From Hormiphora californensis (Eukaryota > Animalia > Ctenophora): a stretch of 64,000 bases of DNA. Under the pieces are notes generated by a model. It saw nothing but the letters and a program-made list of their open reading frames with translations, ran no database searches and had not been told where the DNA came from. Every line of letters starts with the position of its first letter. Positions within the stretch are counted from its first letter, which is position 1. Location of the stretch: positions 1,426,001-1,490,000 of the forward strand of contig CM035360.1 of the NCBI GenBank assembly GCA_020137815.1, in the 5' to 3' direction. Shown one piece after another: positions 20,947-36,219 of this stretch. A program made the position numbers and the translations under genes.

Positions 20947-23331
20947 TCAGGTAGCCCTTGAGCTACTTGGTGCTGCTTGGCTGAGGAACGAGTGACACCG
21001 ATCGCATACCCGGACAGGACGCCGTGTTTTGGTGAAGGACAGGCTGGCTGTGTTGGTCGTGCAGCTTTGACAGAATATCTGAGGGGGGAGATGGAGGGTT
21101 AGAAAAGTAGGGAGAGGGGTTGGAAAACTGGGGAGAGAGGTTAGAAAAGTAGGGAGAGGGGTTGGAAAACTAGGGAGAGAGGAGGTTAGAAAACTAGGGA
21201 GAGAGGTTAGAAAACTAGGGAGAGAGGGGGTTAGGAAACTAAGAGATATTTAGCATTAGGGAGGGGTTTTAAAACTATGGAAAGGGGAGGGGTGTAAAAA
21301 ACCAAGGTAATAGTTCGTACGTGAAGCGAGATACACAACACATTATGAGTATTGAGGTAGGTTGAGATAAACTGTGTATAAAGCTCAGTGTATTGAGGTG
21401 GGGAGATCATGTCCCCAGTGCAGGGGAGTGGTCTTGCGTCGCGTGCTCTGTGAGGGTTCGGTAGATCAAGAGTGGTCCGTTATTGATTTACCACCACCCC
21501 CCCCCCCCCTCACAGAAGTGAGAGTGGTAGGGGATCTCTGTGAGGGGTGTGTCTGGTATTATAGAACAAGGTGAATATAACCGCAACATTCAGTGATTAT
21601 GAGTCCTCTATCACCGCACATGATAAGTTCAATATATATTCATATCTTCGATCTTACCTAGTATCTACTATCTAGTGTTCTCTTTGGGCATGAACATATA
21701 TTGTGGTGCCAGGGGGACGCGGATCTGGAGATCTGGTTTCCAGAAAGATAGATTTGAAATTGAGATACAGCGAGGAACGGTAGTTTGTAATATAAGGACG
21801 ATGACAAATTGGGTGCTGTCAAGTGTGAAGTCCCTTGATATATACCGCACTGAGAGATACCTATACTGAGAGAGAGAGAAAGAGAGAGGGGGGAGCGATA
21901 GAGGTGTAATTTTGGAGGACGAGTCTATCGAAGCTGCTCCAACAATGGTGGTCATACGTGGAGGAGAGAAATAGAGAAATAAAGACAGAGAGAGAAAGGG
22001 AGAGAAACAAAGAAAGGGCCTGGGGACGGGGTATTGGAATGTTGGAGTTACTCCAAGATGAACATTCAAAACGAGCCTTTCGCGACGACATCGACAGTTC
22101 TATTGATATTATTTAACCAAATCTCTCCTAGATCGTACTTTCTACTTTTCACTTTATCACAGCCCTGAGATTTTACCCCCTCTCTCAAGGTGTGTTTGCA
22201 ATATGTTAGCCCATCTTTCCCCAGGGATCTATCATATAATACGTTTTCAAGTCCACAAGGTGTCTTAAATCTTAGGCACGTGTCTCCGATAAATGGTCTC
22301 GATATTATTCAGACATGAATAGCAGGGTTGTCCCAAATTTTCCAAGCAAAGATTTTCATCATTTTATAGTCACCGCTATAACGGCTATACCCCCGTATAT
22401 AACTTGTATCAAGTCTCTATCTTATTTCCGGGTTGTCTGCAATTGTATCATTGCCTGATCATTTGAGAGCACTCTTCTTCCGCTGACACGGTGTCTAGAC
22501 AGAACATGATATGATTCAGCCCCTCTCACACTGTCTCCCCTTTTTCATCGACATTCTCTCCCCCTTTCAATCTCCCCTTCTCTCCCTCCCTACCTCTCAT
22601 CACACATCCCCCTGCAGCAGAAGTACAAAAGTGTTATATATTCTTCAGTCCCGTTTCAATGGATCACATGACATGGAGACCCCCTTATCTCAATATCTCA
22701 CGTGTTTCCATTGATAAGGGACACCCGACCCCGAGATACGTGGTGCCTGGGAATTGGTAGGGGGCTCGAGTTAATGTGTTATAGGAAAATCAAATTAAGC
22801 TGCCTCTCCTGTATGGTATATAATATTGCCAAAAGAGTCTGATCGGGCAGGGTTGTCATTTCTCCAGGAACCGACCGAATCAGGAGATACTGGTCCCTGA
22901 TTGGCTGATAACCAGTCACGTGACCTAAATAACGAGTTCTGATTGGTTGTTTACTTGTTTCGGTCGGTTCCTGCATTTCTCTATGACTGATGAATTCAGA
23001 AATCTTTCCAGGATAGAGATTCCCTAGAACTGACCAAAGCGCACACTAAATTCTAATAAACCTTCCTTGGAAATATTTTTCATTCTGTAATTGCTACCCC
23101 AGTATTTTTATTTTTTCCCTCTTTTTTCTCTCTTTCTTTTTCTCTCTTTCACTTAACATCTCTCCATTTCTCTCTTTATGCCAGGGTTGTTTGGTACTCT
23201 AACTGGCTTGGTTAGCAGTAGTTTTCCCTGGATCTTTTCCAATATGTCAGTTGTCACTAACCATTGAATTAATGAACATCCTTCTCTCTCTCTTTATTTA
23301 CCTCTCCCTTTCCCTCTCTCTCTTCCCCCCA

Positions 23332-23381
<50 letters not shown>

Positions 23382-24786
23382 CCCCCATCTCTCTCTCTCC
23401 ATAAATCATACCAAATAGAGCTTGATCCAAACCATATGTTCCTAAAGAATATGCTCTTGACAAAAGAAGGAAGTGTAATGTGACGAAACAGAGGAGGGAC
23501 AAACAGCCTAGGTGTGTCGTGCAAACAAAAGGTGCCATACCTTACGACACATTCAGTAGAGTGGAAATATATTGATCTACCGAACCATCGCACATGAAAT
23601 AACGGTGTGAGCCACACAGGAAATTTATAGCTCAACATTATTGTACCAAAGTCAACTGTAACAGAGACTCAAGCGCCGTATTTGAAGTCAAATCATTAAA
23701 ATATGGTTCTCTTCCGATCCCATATCATAATATATTACCTTGCCACAATGTCGACAGTGGTGTTTTCTGCGTATTAACGTGAACGATTCCTGGCAACTGG
23801 CACAACTCGTTGCCTCACTATCGGGAACCCAAACTGGCGCTTCTGAAAGGTAGAGGATATTAGACATGAATATCAGGCACCATAACTCAGGTCAAGAGGG
23901 TGAGATTGGATACCATGATATCTGGCGCCTTTTAAAAACCTGAAAAAGCGGTGAAGCGCTATTGATAGGGTTTTATAGGGACTAGAACTGGGCTTCTGAA
24001 AGGGATTCGGAGATTGTAGACTAAGGATTTGTTGGCATAAAGTCATCGCGAAGGAAGGCGTTAGCTGGAGTAAATATATGATATATGAAGTGAACAAGAG
24101 AGGGGACAGGGGAATGATTATTCATGCGCTTTGTGAAGGAGCCGCAGCCGGATTTAGTATTATGGGAATTTTGGAGCTCTTGAGAGAAATTTGGTGAAAC
24201 ATGCAGGGTGGTCCTTTCTAATCCGTTTATTCTATGACAGGGAGAGAAAGAGAGGGAGAGATAAGAAACATGACTGACCCGTCACACTCGGGTCAATTGG
24301 CAGTTAATTACCAGCGTCTGGCGCCCCTACGCTCAGCTCCTTCTCCCTGCAGCAGGAGGAGCCCCGCCCAATCATTCCTTCTTTGAAGAAGCTCTCTTGT
24401 GATTCGCTGGGCATCTCCTCACACGCACATATATTACAGCTCTAGCTTCATTATGTGACTTTCTCTCTCTCTCTCTCTCTCACTCTCTCTCTCTCTCTCT
24501 CTCTCACCTTCTCTCTCACTCTCTAACCAATCACCATCTCTTACCAAACCACTACCACTTACAAACACATGCATGTCCGTGTGTGAGACGAGAGAATTAG
24601 AGACAGATATGAAGAGAGAGAAAGAGAGAGAGGGGAGCAAGATAGAGAGAGGTAGAGAAAGAGAGATAGAGACATAGGGCGGAAGTGTGCTGTGTGTGTT
24701 TGTTTGGTGGTGTTTACAGCCCGAAAAGATTACTTCTCTCTCTATATTTCTCTCTCTATCTACCTCTCTCTATATTTCCATTTTCC

Positions 24787-24818
<32 letters not shown>

Positions 24819-25433
24819 ACTCGCTGCTCTCTACCTTTTTCATTTTTCCCATTCTCTCTCCGGTTCATTTCTCCCTGGGAAATATTATATGGACATAGTT
24901 AGTGCTGGTAAAGGTTTTTCCTAATGCGGCTAGAAACATGGAACGGAAGAAGAGACAGGAAAAGGAAGATAAAGCAGCGCATATTAGCGAGTACTAATGT
25001 TGAGTTATTTGACTCAGCTGCAAGAATAGAAATGACCACTGGCCGGATCAGGAAAGAAGATGAGATACAGAATGAAGTTTAGCTTGAGGGTAAACTGTAA
25101 ATCACATTACCCCCTCTTCCATGTGTGTGTGTGTGCGATGGTGGGTAAAATTGATCAAATTGTATAAACCTGACACCCAGCTTATATCAGTTAAATCGTT
25201 TCCTAGATAATTCTCCATTTTCATGTATCTCTCTTTCTGACGGTCCTCTATCTCTCTCCTTTCTCTCACTAGCTTTGTCGATCTCAACCCTCGGCAAAGA
25301 ATAGTCTAACTTTTTTGAAATACGATCATTTAACAATCTACCTATTTTGTTGTTAGAACACTTTTCAAATATTTTCAGATTAAAGAGTGACGCAAACAGA
25401 TCACGATGGCCTCGTTGACACGACAGAGAGATG

Positions 25434-25464
<31 letters not shown>

Positions 25465-28109
25465 AGATAGAGAGACACACGGCACATATTTAAGATTCTT
25501 GAGAGATTTCAGAGAGAACATGAGACGATAAGTGCTGAGAGTTCATTTGACTGATATAATCACCCTGGAAATGAACCGGAAGTCCCCTGGCAGTATGCCC
25601 GGGTTCTCTGCAGGTGTGAAATAGGATATGTCAGAGAGAGGGAGAGAGAGAGAATACTACAGAGATAGGAACGTGGGGGCTTTAGATAATCTGATTAACT
25701 TCACCACTCTCTCTCTCTCTCTCTCTATCTATCTTTCCATCACTCTCTCCCCTTCTATCTCCCCAGTCTCTCTCTCTCACTGTTCACTTGCAGTACCAAA
25801 TTGTGTATTTTAACACGAAAACTCCACCAAGTTTCACCAAGTTTAGTATGCCAGCTATGACACCATAACAAGTGACGTATATCTCCTTCTAAACCTGTCA
25901 GTTTCATCTTCCAATCACGTTTCTAACCAAGATCTACCAGGAAAACTTGATACCACCGCCGCCGCGCTTCAGACGAAATCACTCCAGCACGATATACCCT
26001 TTGAGTCTGGAGCGCTCTCCCTCTGTCAGTAGACGGTCAGAGACAAGGGAACCGGCTTTGTCGCTTGCTACCCAATGACATATATTGAGATTAGGTCTGA
26101 CGTTTGTGGATAACAGGAAACTAACTCAACATACAGTAGTTTTTAGTGGCTGATTTGGAAAACTCGGAAGATCTAAATTTTACTTCTTCTAAATTAGTCA
26201 CGACCAATATTAGCAGCTGTGAATGAGCGTTTTACAGAGCGATGTTGGTGCCAACAGGATGCCACCCTCAAGGCTCAAGTCTTAATCCGGTTCCATTTCG
26301 TGAGGCAAATTACCTCAACTTTTATCCTTCAGTCTGCATCATTTTTCACTGTTTACTGGTATTTGCAATGCAGCCTGGGTGTTAGCCAGAAGACGCATGT
26401 TGAGAAACGGTTTCTTTCTCTCTATCTTTTCTCTCTATCTCTATCTCTCTCTCTCACTCCCTCTCTCTCTCAGCTGGATACTCTCCAACAGACATCTGGG
26501 GAGAGATATAACACTTGAGATGTATCTTGCTTGTAACTGTTTAAACCAGACTAGAAGAATTTAAGCCAATAGGTGTAAAATAGAAAGAAAACGATACATT
26601 TTATATGGCTTGGTTTTAGATTTTCCCGATACATGTTCTATTCGGGGATAGGAGGGAAAAGGAGGGGATATATCTCTTTAGATGGAACTATGACTTGTCT
26701 GATCAAACTTACTGCTTCCGTCTGTGGCATACTCAAAATTGTGATGGATGTATTATTATCACGGCCAAAAACATGAGATCAGGGGAGAGAAATAATAATG
26801 AAGGGCAGAAACCAGAGAGGAAACATGGGGATATAGAGAGAAAAATAGAGAAGAGGAAATGAAGCAGAATGTTCATTATTATATCATTGCCTGCACGTCA
26901 CATGAATTATGTGGTTTTTCATCGGAAATTTGACCATGTGTGGTTTAGTTATAATGAGAGAATAGAGATGTAATTTGCTGTGAATTGCGAGAGTGTCGAC
27001 CTTGGTTTGTTCAAACCTAGGGTCTAGCTAGGCCATGTCGACCAACATGTCGTTAAAATATAAGCTTGCGAAATCGAATTAAAGTTTTTTCGATTTGAAC
27101 TTAAATTTGTGATAAAGAATACGAAGGACGACAGATAAAAATGAAACAAAATAGACTTTGGTCCGCTTTTTCTTGTGAAGAATTCATATAAGATATCTGA
27201 CACAATTCTGGCTTTTTTTTCGAACATTAGAAACGCGGTATTACCGTGTCTGGAGGTGGGTGAAATGGGATCCGTCTCCTCGCACGTGTCAGTAACATGG
27301 CCTGTTGAAGAGGTTGATATCCGATCTGATCCAGATGGTTCTGCACACTCCTGGTTCCCCCTCGGCGTTATCTGGCCCATCTCGTCTGTTTTAGTTATCT
27401 GGTGGAAATGGGGTTTAGTTTGTTAGTTATCTAAAAATGGGGTATAAGCTGTTAGACAGAATTCCGGCTGAGGAATGACAAGGCAGATTTGAAGACAATG
27501 GCCCAAATTTTCAGTTCGGAATGGAGTACTGGGGAAAAGAACGTGTTAAAATGAAAGAGGACTGGATATAATAGAGAGAAAAGGAAGAGACCCAAACCCC
27601 TAAATTGTGTTATTCCCATGAATCCACTGACTGGTGTGAATTTTTCCATCTTTCTTTTTCTTCCCTCTAACTATCCTTTTTTACCCTTACTCTTTCTCTT
27701 TTACCTATGTTTTCCAACGTTCTCTCTCCTTCCCTATCTCTTCTCTCCCTCTCTCTTCTATCGTACACTGTATATATATCTTCAAAAGCTACATCATGGA
27801 AAATTAAAAGTGTGCAAGGAGCTGCAGAGAGTGTAAGCTTCCGGGGGCCCTCTCACCGCGAGATAGAACTAGAAAGAGAAAGAGAGATATAGAGAGAGAT
27901 AGAGAGAGATGGAGAGAGAGAGAGAGAAAGAGAGAGATAGAGAGAGAGAGAGAAAGAAAGAGAGAAAGAGAGAGAAAGAGAGAGAAAGAGCGAGCACGAG
28001 AGAGAGAAAAGAGGAGAGAGAGGAGAGAGAGAGAGAAGAGGATAGAGAGAGATAAGAGAGCTAGAGAGAAGAGTATTGACGAGAGAGAGAAAGCTCCGAG
28101 CAGTAGAGA

Positions 28110-28148
<39 letters not shown>

Positions 28149-31100
28149 CAGAGTTAAAGAGAGCTAGTTTATAAGCCACTAGCCGGACTCTGCCCCATAT
28201 TCGGAGATCTATTATTGGACGGCATCCACAACAGAGAGCAGCTAATTATATAACTTAGTTCTATCTTCCAGAACTGCAGTAACAACACCGAACTACATGT
28301 AATATTAATTATGTTGTAGTATCGTTCTTGAGAGAAGGTTTAGAAGAAGATCTGAGCTTTGAGAGGTGGTGGTGATTGGTGGTACAGGTATGTTATAGCG
28401 TGCAAAATTCTAAACTGTGAGAGGAGGTTCGACTTACAATAATAAGGTCGTCTGGTTTTAAAAACTTACAATAATAAGGTCATCTGGTTCACATGGTTGA
28501 TTCATTTTAAAGGTATGTTGGAGCATTTGTCGTAAATCTTTCGCATTATGTGTTATCATCTAAGGGAATATTGAAGTGAGTAGATTATAAATGTTTTGTC
28601 AAAAAGAATATATATGCAGGCGCCAATTCACCCACCCTAAGAATTATATTTTATAAAATCTATCTATCGTCTCAACACCCATTTTTACATCAAGTCAACG
28701 ACTCTCGATAATAAATACTATAGTCAGCGAGGCGGCTGTATAATCCTAGAAAAGTTTTAACTTCGCGTTACTGCTATTGCCGTGGCAACCAGAACATGAA
28801 AGTCTCTGACGTACTATTTACATCATTTCCATCACGATCTGTTTTACTTCAGTGATGAGAATTGAGATCAGAGCAATATGTAATTACATTTGTTTAAAAA
28901 AATGTTTGATAATAATTCTCGTGCGTTTACTATCCGATATACATACAAAACAATGGTTTGAATTTTTAAACTACATAATATCACGATTCACTAAATTATA
29001 TTGACGACAAACCTAAGTCAAATTAGAAATACCCCTTTATTTTCTACAATAAACTAAACCCCCCCCCCCAGTAATTGGTGTAATTAATATTAATTACTAA
29101 TTGGTGTAATTATGATAATTACCTGATCAGCAATGCCACTTATCTGAAGGTACAGGCACTGTAACGTGTCAGCTACAACCTATCACGGAATATATTATGT
29201 TGTTATTGTATTGCACAAGAAATTAAAATGTCAAATGGTTGTGTTTTTTTACCAAGCTTTATTTAAGCCTGATCTATTTCTAATGATGCCGAACCTCCAG
29301 CCGCTTCTGAATTTCTAATTTAACTTTTATCTCTCTACAATAATAATTCATCATGATCCTTAAAATAAGATCATTTCCTTTTGAATGAGGTCAATAATAT
29401 AATATTGACTCTTTGACATTCCTTTATTATGTCATTTTTTGCGCATTTATAAGGAATCTGGTGAAGCCGAGAGAGAAAAACGAGAAAATTCTAGAGTGCT
29501 GCACTAAATAACAGAAGAAGAAAGCGAATACTGTCAGAAGAAACGAGTTATTGTATGACGTGACATATAATTGTTCTAGATCGATACAGAGAAACAGTAA
29601 TAATATATTCCAGATCATAATTAGAAGATCTGTCAGATATTTTTATTATTTTCGATAAAAATAATTACTACTCCATGATTCTGATGAAAATCATACTATT
29701 ATTAAAGCAAATAGGGAAATGATGGGTGATGGTTTTTTTACCAAATATGGCACAAAATTCCTGGAAATGGCCTTTTGCACGTGTTGTCCCTAGAGGGACC
29801 CTGGCAACCTGCCAGCTTGAGCCTTAAACTGCACGTGCATCCTTGATTCATCTCTCTGCCGGTTGTGTGATTGATCGTTTGCTCGATTTGATCTGTTCAC
29901 CCCCTGTTCACCACGTTTCGTGAACATGACTACTCAACTTCAACACAATCGCCAGCGAGTTTGGAGGAGCCATATGTCCCAAACTGGCGCTGACGCCTAT
30001 AGACTACGTGATAGAATCCTACAAAAGAGGTGATTATTATTCAAAAAATGTTGTCAACACACGTAATAACAAAGTATCAATGGCACTAATAAGAAATGGC
30101 AGTAATACGTGAAAGTATTTTACAAGTGTGCTCCTTCATAAAATACTTCAGGACCTGGCAAAAGAGGACCCGTGGTTTTTCTGTCGAAAGAATCGCTGTG
30201 GTTAATTTACCTGATAAATTTACTGATTTTAAAAATTTCAAATGATACTACACTATTTGCTTAGTTTACTGTATGACCATTGACCATCCCCGACATTCGC
30301 CCGTAGGGCGAGCGGGCTTACTAGTAATTACTAATCCATGATTCCGATGAAAATAATTACTACTCCATGATTCCGATGAAAATAATTACTACTCCATGAT
30401 TCCGATGAAAATGATTACTACTCCATGATTCCGATGAAAATGATTACTACTCCATGATCCCTTACACACCTATAAACACTTTTTTGTTCAGACCCGGGAC
30501 GCTGTGAAACAGGGTCGAGGAAGGCAATATGAACACTGACCTGATCAACTGTTGAATGTGTTTGCAGGACGCCACTGACGGAAGAGGCAAGGCATTCTTT
30601 TAATAATTGCCGGTGATCATCGGATAGACTGACTAGGGAATGCCTGGAAAAACATTTGTTTAGGTTACATGGAGAATCTGAATTTCGCATATTTTAAATG
30701 CGAAACATTCCGGCCCACCCCTTTTCCGCAAATTTTTCCCCCCTGACCCCACCCTACGGGATTTAAAAATCTGGGCGGGGAAATTTTGTTACTGGCCTCA
30801 CTCACCGCACCTGCTCTAGCCATCCATTCTTTTAAACCTCCTTCATTTCTCTCCTTTAATTCTATGTTTTCTCTCTTCCCTCCCCCCTCGCGAATCTCAT
30901 CTTTCTATAAATCCCCTTAACATCTCAACTCGACCCTATTCTTGACGATGCTGTATCCAAGAAAAGAAGGGGAAGAGGAAGAGAGAGGGGCACACAAAAC
31001 GGGACCGACCCAAAGAAGCGACCTGAGAACTGACCTCGCGCGCGCACCACATACGCCCCCCATCAACTCTCCTCAGCTACTCTCTCCCTCGAAACAGGGA

Positions 31101-34100
31101 TTTTACAGGTTTCCCCAGATGCAGCTTCCTCTCCTCTCCGTTAATCAGGATGCCTTCTCTCCGCCAGCGGTAGAATAGCTTCCCCTTTACCTCCGACCCT
31201 AACTCTCTACTCTACTGCCCCGTCTTAACCGGTAATAAATTTTTTTCCAAACCGGACCCTACAGGGGTGAACTTTCATAGATTCCCACTAGAATCATCTG
31301 ATCCTTATATTTTTGTTCAGGTGACTGACAAATGTATTAAACTCCAGAAAACAGTTGATCAAAACGTACGGCCAATACTTCCTCGGTAATCTGACGTACA
31401 TTCGCCCTTCTCCGTACTGAGTCTTAATAAACCTCCTGATTGAAATATGGTGACGGCTGAATACACTGTTTCTCCTCATTTCACTGTAATTATTTCTAAC
31501 CAGCGAGAGCTAGAGGTGTCTATTTTTGCCAAAAGGCCGAGCTTTTTAACAAGATGATGACCACTGATTATTGCCACAAAATTGAATATTGGACATAGCC
31601 GCTACATCATTACCATCCGGATCCCTCAATTATATTGGAAATAATAATCACATTAAACTTCTCAGAAACAGACGATACAATAATTGTTCTGGTTTCTTAG
31701 AAATAGTTGCCATCCAGATCTGATGGCCGGGGAGGTACTTACAAAACAATTGCTAATCGAGGGATGGCAACCATTAGGACTGGATCATAAGATGCCATCT
31801 GTTCTTCCGTTATTATCTTCTCCCGTAACGATCTGGATAGATAAGGGAATTGGGGAATTGGTTCAAATTTTAGGACAATTTGGTGATCTGCCTTCCAGTA
31901 TCAATTGCACTGTTTTCGGGGCACAAAAAGGAAAATGCTGTACTGTTCATAACTTGTGGTTTTCATTAGGCACGGGGCCTGAAAAATATTAGATCGGGGG
32001 GGTCGTCACCTTTTATTTTGCCCACTTTTGCCCACATTTGCCCACATGGGCAAACCAAAATCTCAAAAAACAAGTATAATGTGGGCAAAGTGGGCAAAAA
32101 GTGGGCAAAAATAGTATAAGCATCAAAAATTTACCAGAAACCCTCTGTGACAAATGTTTTTCACACTCCAATGTCTTCCAAGAGGTCCCCTCTATCGATT
32201 CCAACCGATAAATAATGTACTTACTTATGACTAAGGGTTGATAAGGCTCCATGTCCGACTGGACAAAAGTGGGGCAAAAAAATTTGGCAAAATTAGGCAA
32301 AGGCCAGTGATTTTTCGTCATTTTGGGGCTATTAGGGAACGATCATAAAAAAGGTTTTTTCCACTTGCTTTTACCCAAATGGGGCCCCCAAAAACCCAAA
32401 AAATTTTCCACCCCAAACCTGTGAGAACGTGCCTAAAATGACCCAATTTTCCCTTTTTTTGCCAACATATTTGCCATTTCCCAGTTGGATATGGACCCTT
32501 ATAAACCCTGAGCAATAATTTAAATCGTTGGAATCGATGGGGGGGACCTCTAGGAGGACATTGGGTTTAAAACCTTTGTCACAGAACGATTACCTGGTTG
32601 GGGAGCAATATTTTTATGGTTTTAAAATTTTTTTGGCCTACTTTTGCCACTTTCCCACTTTTCCCCACTTTTGCCCAGTGGGCAAATAAAAATTTAAGAA
32701 TAATGTGGGCATGGGCAAAAAAAAGGGAAAACGTACCCCCATTAGATCGTTCCAGGAATAATTAATTTCTGGAACAAAAATACATTACATCAGGCTAGTT
32801 GTTTCTGGAAGAGTATGGTTGTAGGGGTGTTTCCCTGTCTGAAAGCTCGGGGGTCATGGCTTTTGATTACAACACTCCCGAATTTAACCAGAGAAAGGGG
32901 GGTTGTTTATAGGTGAAGTGTTTTGTGTTCCAACCATTTTAAAATGGTTGGGGGGGTTAAGGTCAGGTTAAACCACAGTTGTTGACCCACAGGTATCGGT
33001 TTCACGCCCCTCCTTTCTCCCTCCCCATCCCTTAGCAATGTATCCTGTCCCACTTCTTTTCCATTTCCCTTTCGGTCCACCCTTTTCCCCCTCCGTCTTC
33101 TTTCGGTCCCCAAACCATCAGCTCTTTTTCCGTTCCCCAACACAAACCCCGACTCTATAATTTTCTTTCGCCTAAAAGGGGACTTAACCTTTCACACGTC
33201 CTTGTTCCCCAAGATTTCTAGGATTTTGTTTGTGCCTCCCCCTCTCCCCCACCTGGTTGCCCACTATAATGATTGGCCATCGAGAAAAGGATTCATACGC
33301 CTTTTATCTATAAAAGAATCTCTTCTCCCTCTGCTCCCCCGTTTTAGTTCCCGTTCCCGCCCCAGGTGGGCATTCCCAAAACTTCCACCCCACCCCAAAA
33401 CCCCCCCCCCCAAACCCCCCGGGGGCCCCCATATAAAATGTGTAAACCTCTCATAGGACGATGGGGGCTGGTGGTGAGAGCTGTTATAGAATGACCGGAC
33501 TATTCCTCCCCGCCGCCGCATGGGGTCAGGCGATGGAGAGAAAATGGATAAAGGAGAGCTCCTCTCTGCACAGGCCATCATGGTTCCAGTTTCAGAACTT
33601 ACAGGATGATCGACAAGGAAACGAGAAACGAAATCTTGAGACGTTAAATGATAAGAAAGAAAGATAGGGGATGTCATGTGATATCTTACTTGTAGGTACG
33701 ATTTCCTACTCAAAGCCAAGATTTCAAACAAAAATAACCGGACTCTTTTTCTCTTTTGTTCCGACGTCTTTTTCTCTTTACAACTTTTATTCCACAAATA
33801 TTATATAACCTACCCTATTATTAAAGACACGTACAGATTCATCCAAAATGACCCCCCCCCCTCTAATGACTCTGCCCCGCCCAACATTATATCCAGTGTC
33901 AAATATGCGTGTTACTATGACGACAAAGAATACTCAGCAGCATATATCACACATTGTAAACACCTGCATCTGGTTGTCATGGAACTACTATATAATGAGC
34001 ATCATATCAAACACTATTTCTCCACTCTCCAGTATAATATAATAAGAGGGAGGTCTGGGGGTCAAACATGAACTGAGGTTTACTGGGTATTTTTGATTTT

Positions 34101-36159
34101 AACCCGTCATTTTACCTTATTCAAACTTTTCCCCCTTGAAAATCGAACCACCGAAGTGTATCTACAATCTTCGGGTACTTTTTAAAATCTTTAAAAACAG
34201 GGGTCTCTAAATTTCGTTCGGAGCGCGGGGAAACTTTGTATTTGCCGTGCTAAAAGACGGGTTAAAATACCGGGTAATTTTGTTTGGGCTGAAAATAAGG
34301 GATTAATACGGTTTCGGGTCAGCTGACCCGGGTGCCGGGGAAATTTGTGCAAAACTGGAAAGGTTGAAAGGGCTTCTATGATATCTGCTGAGACCTGCGA
34401 CCGAAAACAAGCCTTCCGAGGCTAGTCTTGTGGCAAAATATCGGATGGGTTGAATGTGTGATCAGACAAATATATAATTTAGTGTGATAGATGTGTTATC
34501 AACAATAAAAGTGGGTGTCCAACAAAGATTTTAAAGTGAGTGATAGAAAAGAGATCACTAAAGTGGAGTTTGGGGATTGGGCTGGTGCGGATGAAGCCCA
34601 ATCTAAATTAGTGTGAAGTGTCAAAATGGAGATAAGACTCACAGCCGTGATCTCTAGTTTCCTCTCTCTTTCCCTCTTTTCCCCCCTTTTTTCTTTTGTC
34701 CTCCCTGTCCCCTTTTCCCTTTCTCCCTTCTCCTCCCCCCATTTCCCCCCCTCCCCCCTCCACCCCCCCCCCTTTTTGTCCACCCCTCATTCTTTCTTCT
34801 CCCTTTTTTTCTTTAAATTGAAAACCTTTTTTTTTCCCCATTCCCCCAAACGAAAGAAAAAAAAACAAAGAGTCTGATTCGGAAATATTATAACCCTCTT
34901 TTACATTATAGAGGGTTTCGCCGTTGCGGAGAGAGAGGGTCGAAAAATGAAAGGAAAACCTACCGTGTGGTCTGAGTTCCTCGCTCTCCAGTATGTGATT
35001 AGGAACGTTACTTCCAGCTGCCAGACACTCTGTAGCAAAACCCAGAGTTTTCCGAAAATGTTCACCATCGTAGGCTCTTCTTCTGGAAACTTCTCTCCCT
35101 TTGCGAAAAGGTGGTGATATACTAGGTAGTGGTGTTTAGTTATAAGATTTGTGATAGAGTTGTCTCGCTCTCCGCTCTCTCTCTGCTCTCGCGCTCGCTC
35201 TTCTCTCTCTCTCTGCTCTCTCTCTCTCTCTCTCCTCTCTCCCTTTTCTTTCTGCTGGATATATTGGATGAAATATGAACTTCCAGCCTACTGCTGCACG
35301 ACTTCCAAGGAAGCTGAGTGATAAACTCTCTACCCTGCCAGATTTCTCCCTCTCTTTATTTCTTTCTCCCTCCCTCTCTCACGCCACATGAGAATATACG
35401 TTGAATAATATGCACATAGTGTTTGAAAAAATGCGGCCCCCTGGGAATTTGTGTTAAACTGCTGTCACGTTAAACCCTGGCGGACTGTTTAGTGCATGGT
35501 CAACACTTTATTCACCTGTTCTAACAATTTGACGACAACACACTTCCTACATCTATCCAACAATTTTATTATTTGTAGATCCTAGAGGCTAGAATAAATA
35601 GATAAAATTACTGAAGGCTTTTAACACTATATATTATATATAATAACAGGGCGGGCCTAATTTACCTGTCTTTCTTCAATTGTGATTAAATTTCAGGGAT
35701 ATCGGAATGTTATTGTAATCTAGCAAGGAGGAGAGGAGAGAGACGGCATAGAATACCTCGATTATGCTGGCTCTGAACAGTCACCTCAGCCTGCCTAAAC
35801 TGACAGAGAATATGAGTAAACAGAGAACTTAGAGCTGAAAACAATAATAGAGAGAATCATTACTGAAGTTGTTAGCCAGACAGACAGTGAAGTAGAGAGA
35901 TGTATGACTTGTGTGTACAAGCTTTGGTTTAGTAGAGCTTTAGTACAGCCTAGACAATTTTGTACTATAAACAGACGGATATATACTAACTACCTTGTTC
36001 TCTCTCTTGAACCTTGTTCTATCTCTCCTGAACTTTGTCCTGGGCACGTGCTGCAGTAAACGTGTATTCTTCAAGACCAGATAATCCCAGCTCTCACCCT
36101 CCCAAGTTATAGGGTACCAATCATGAATTATTTAAGAGAGAGAGAGGGAGAGAGAGATT

Positions 36160-36219
<60 letters not shown>

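Noticed and set aside
30700-35300. Lst2 as a pseudogene
   Set aside because: Disruptions are homopolymer-type and confined to one low-quality block, and all exons outside it are intact.
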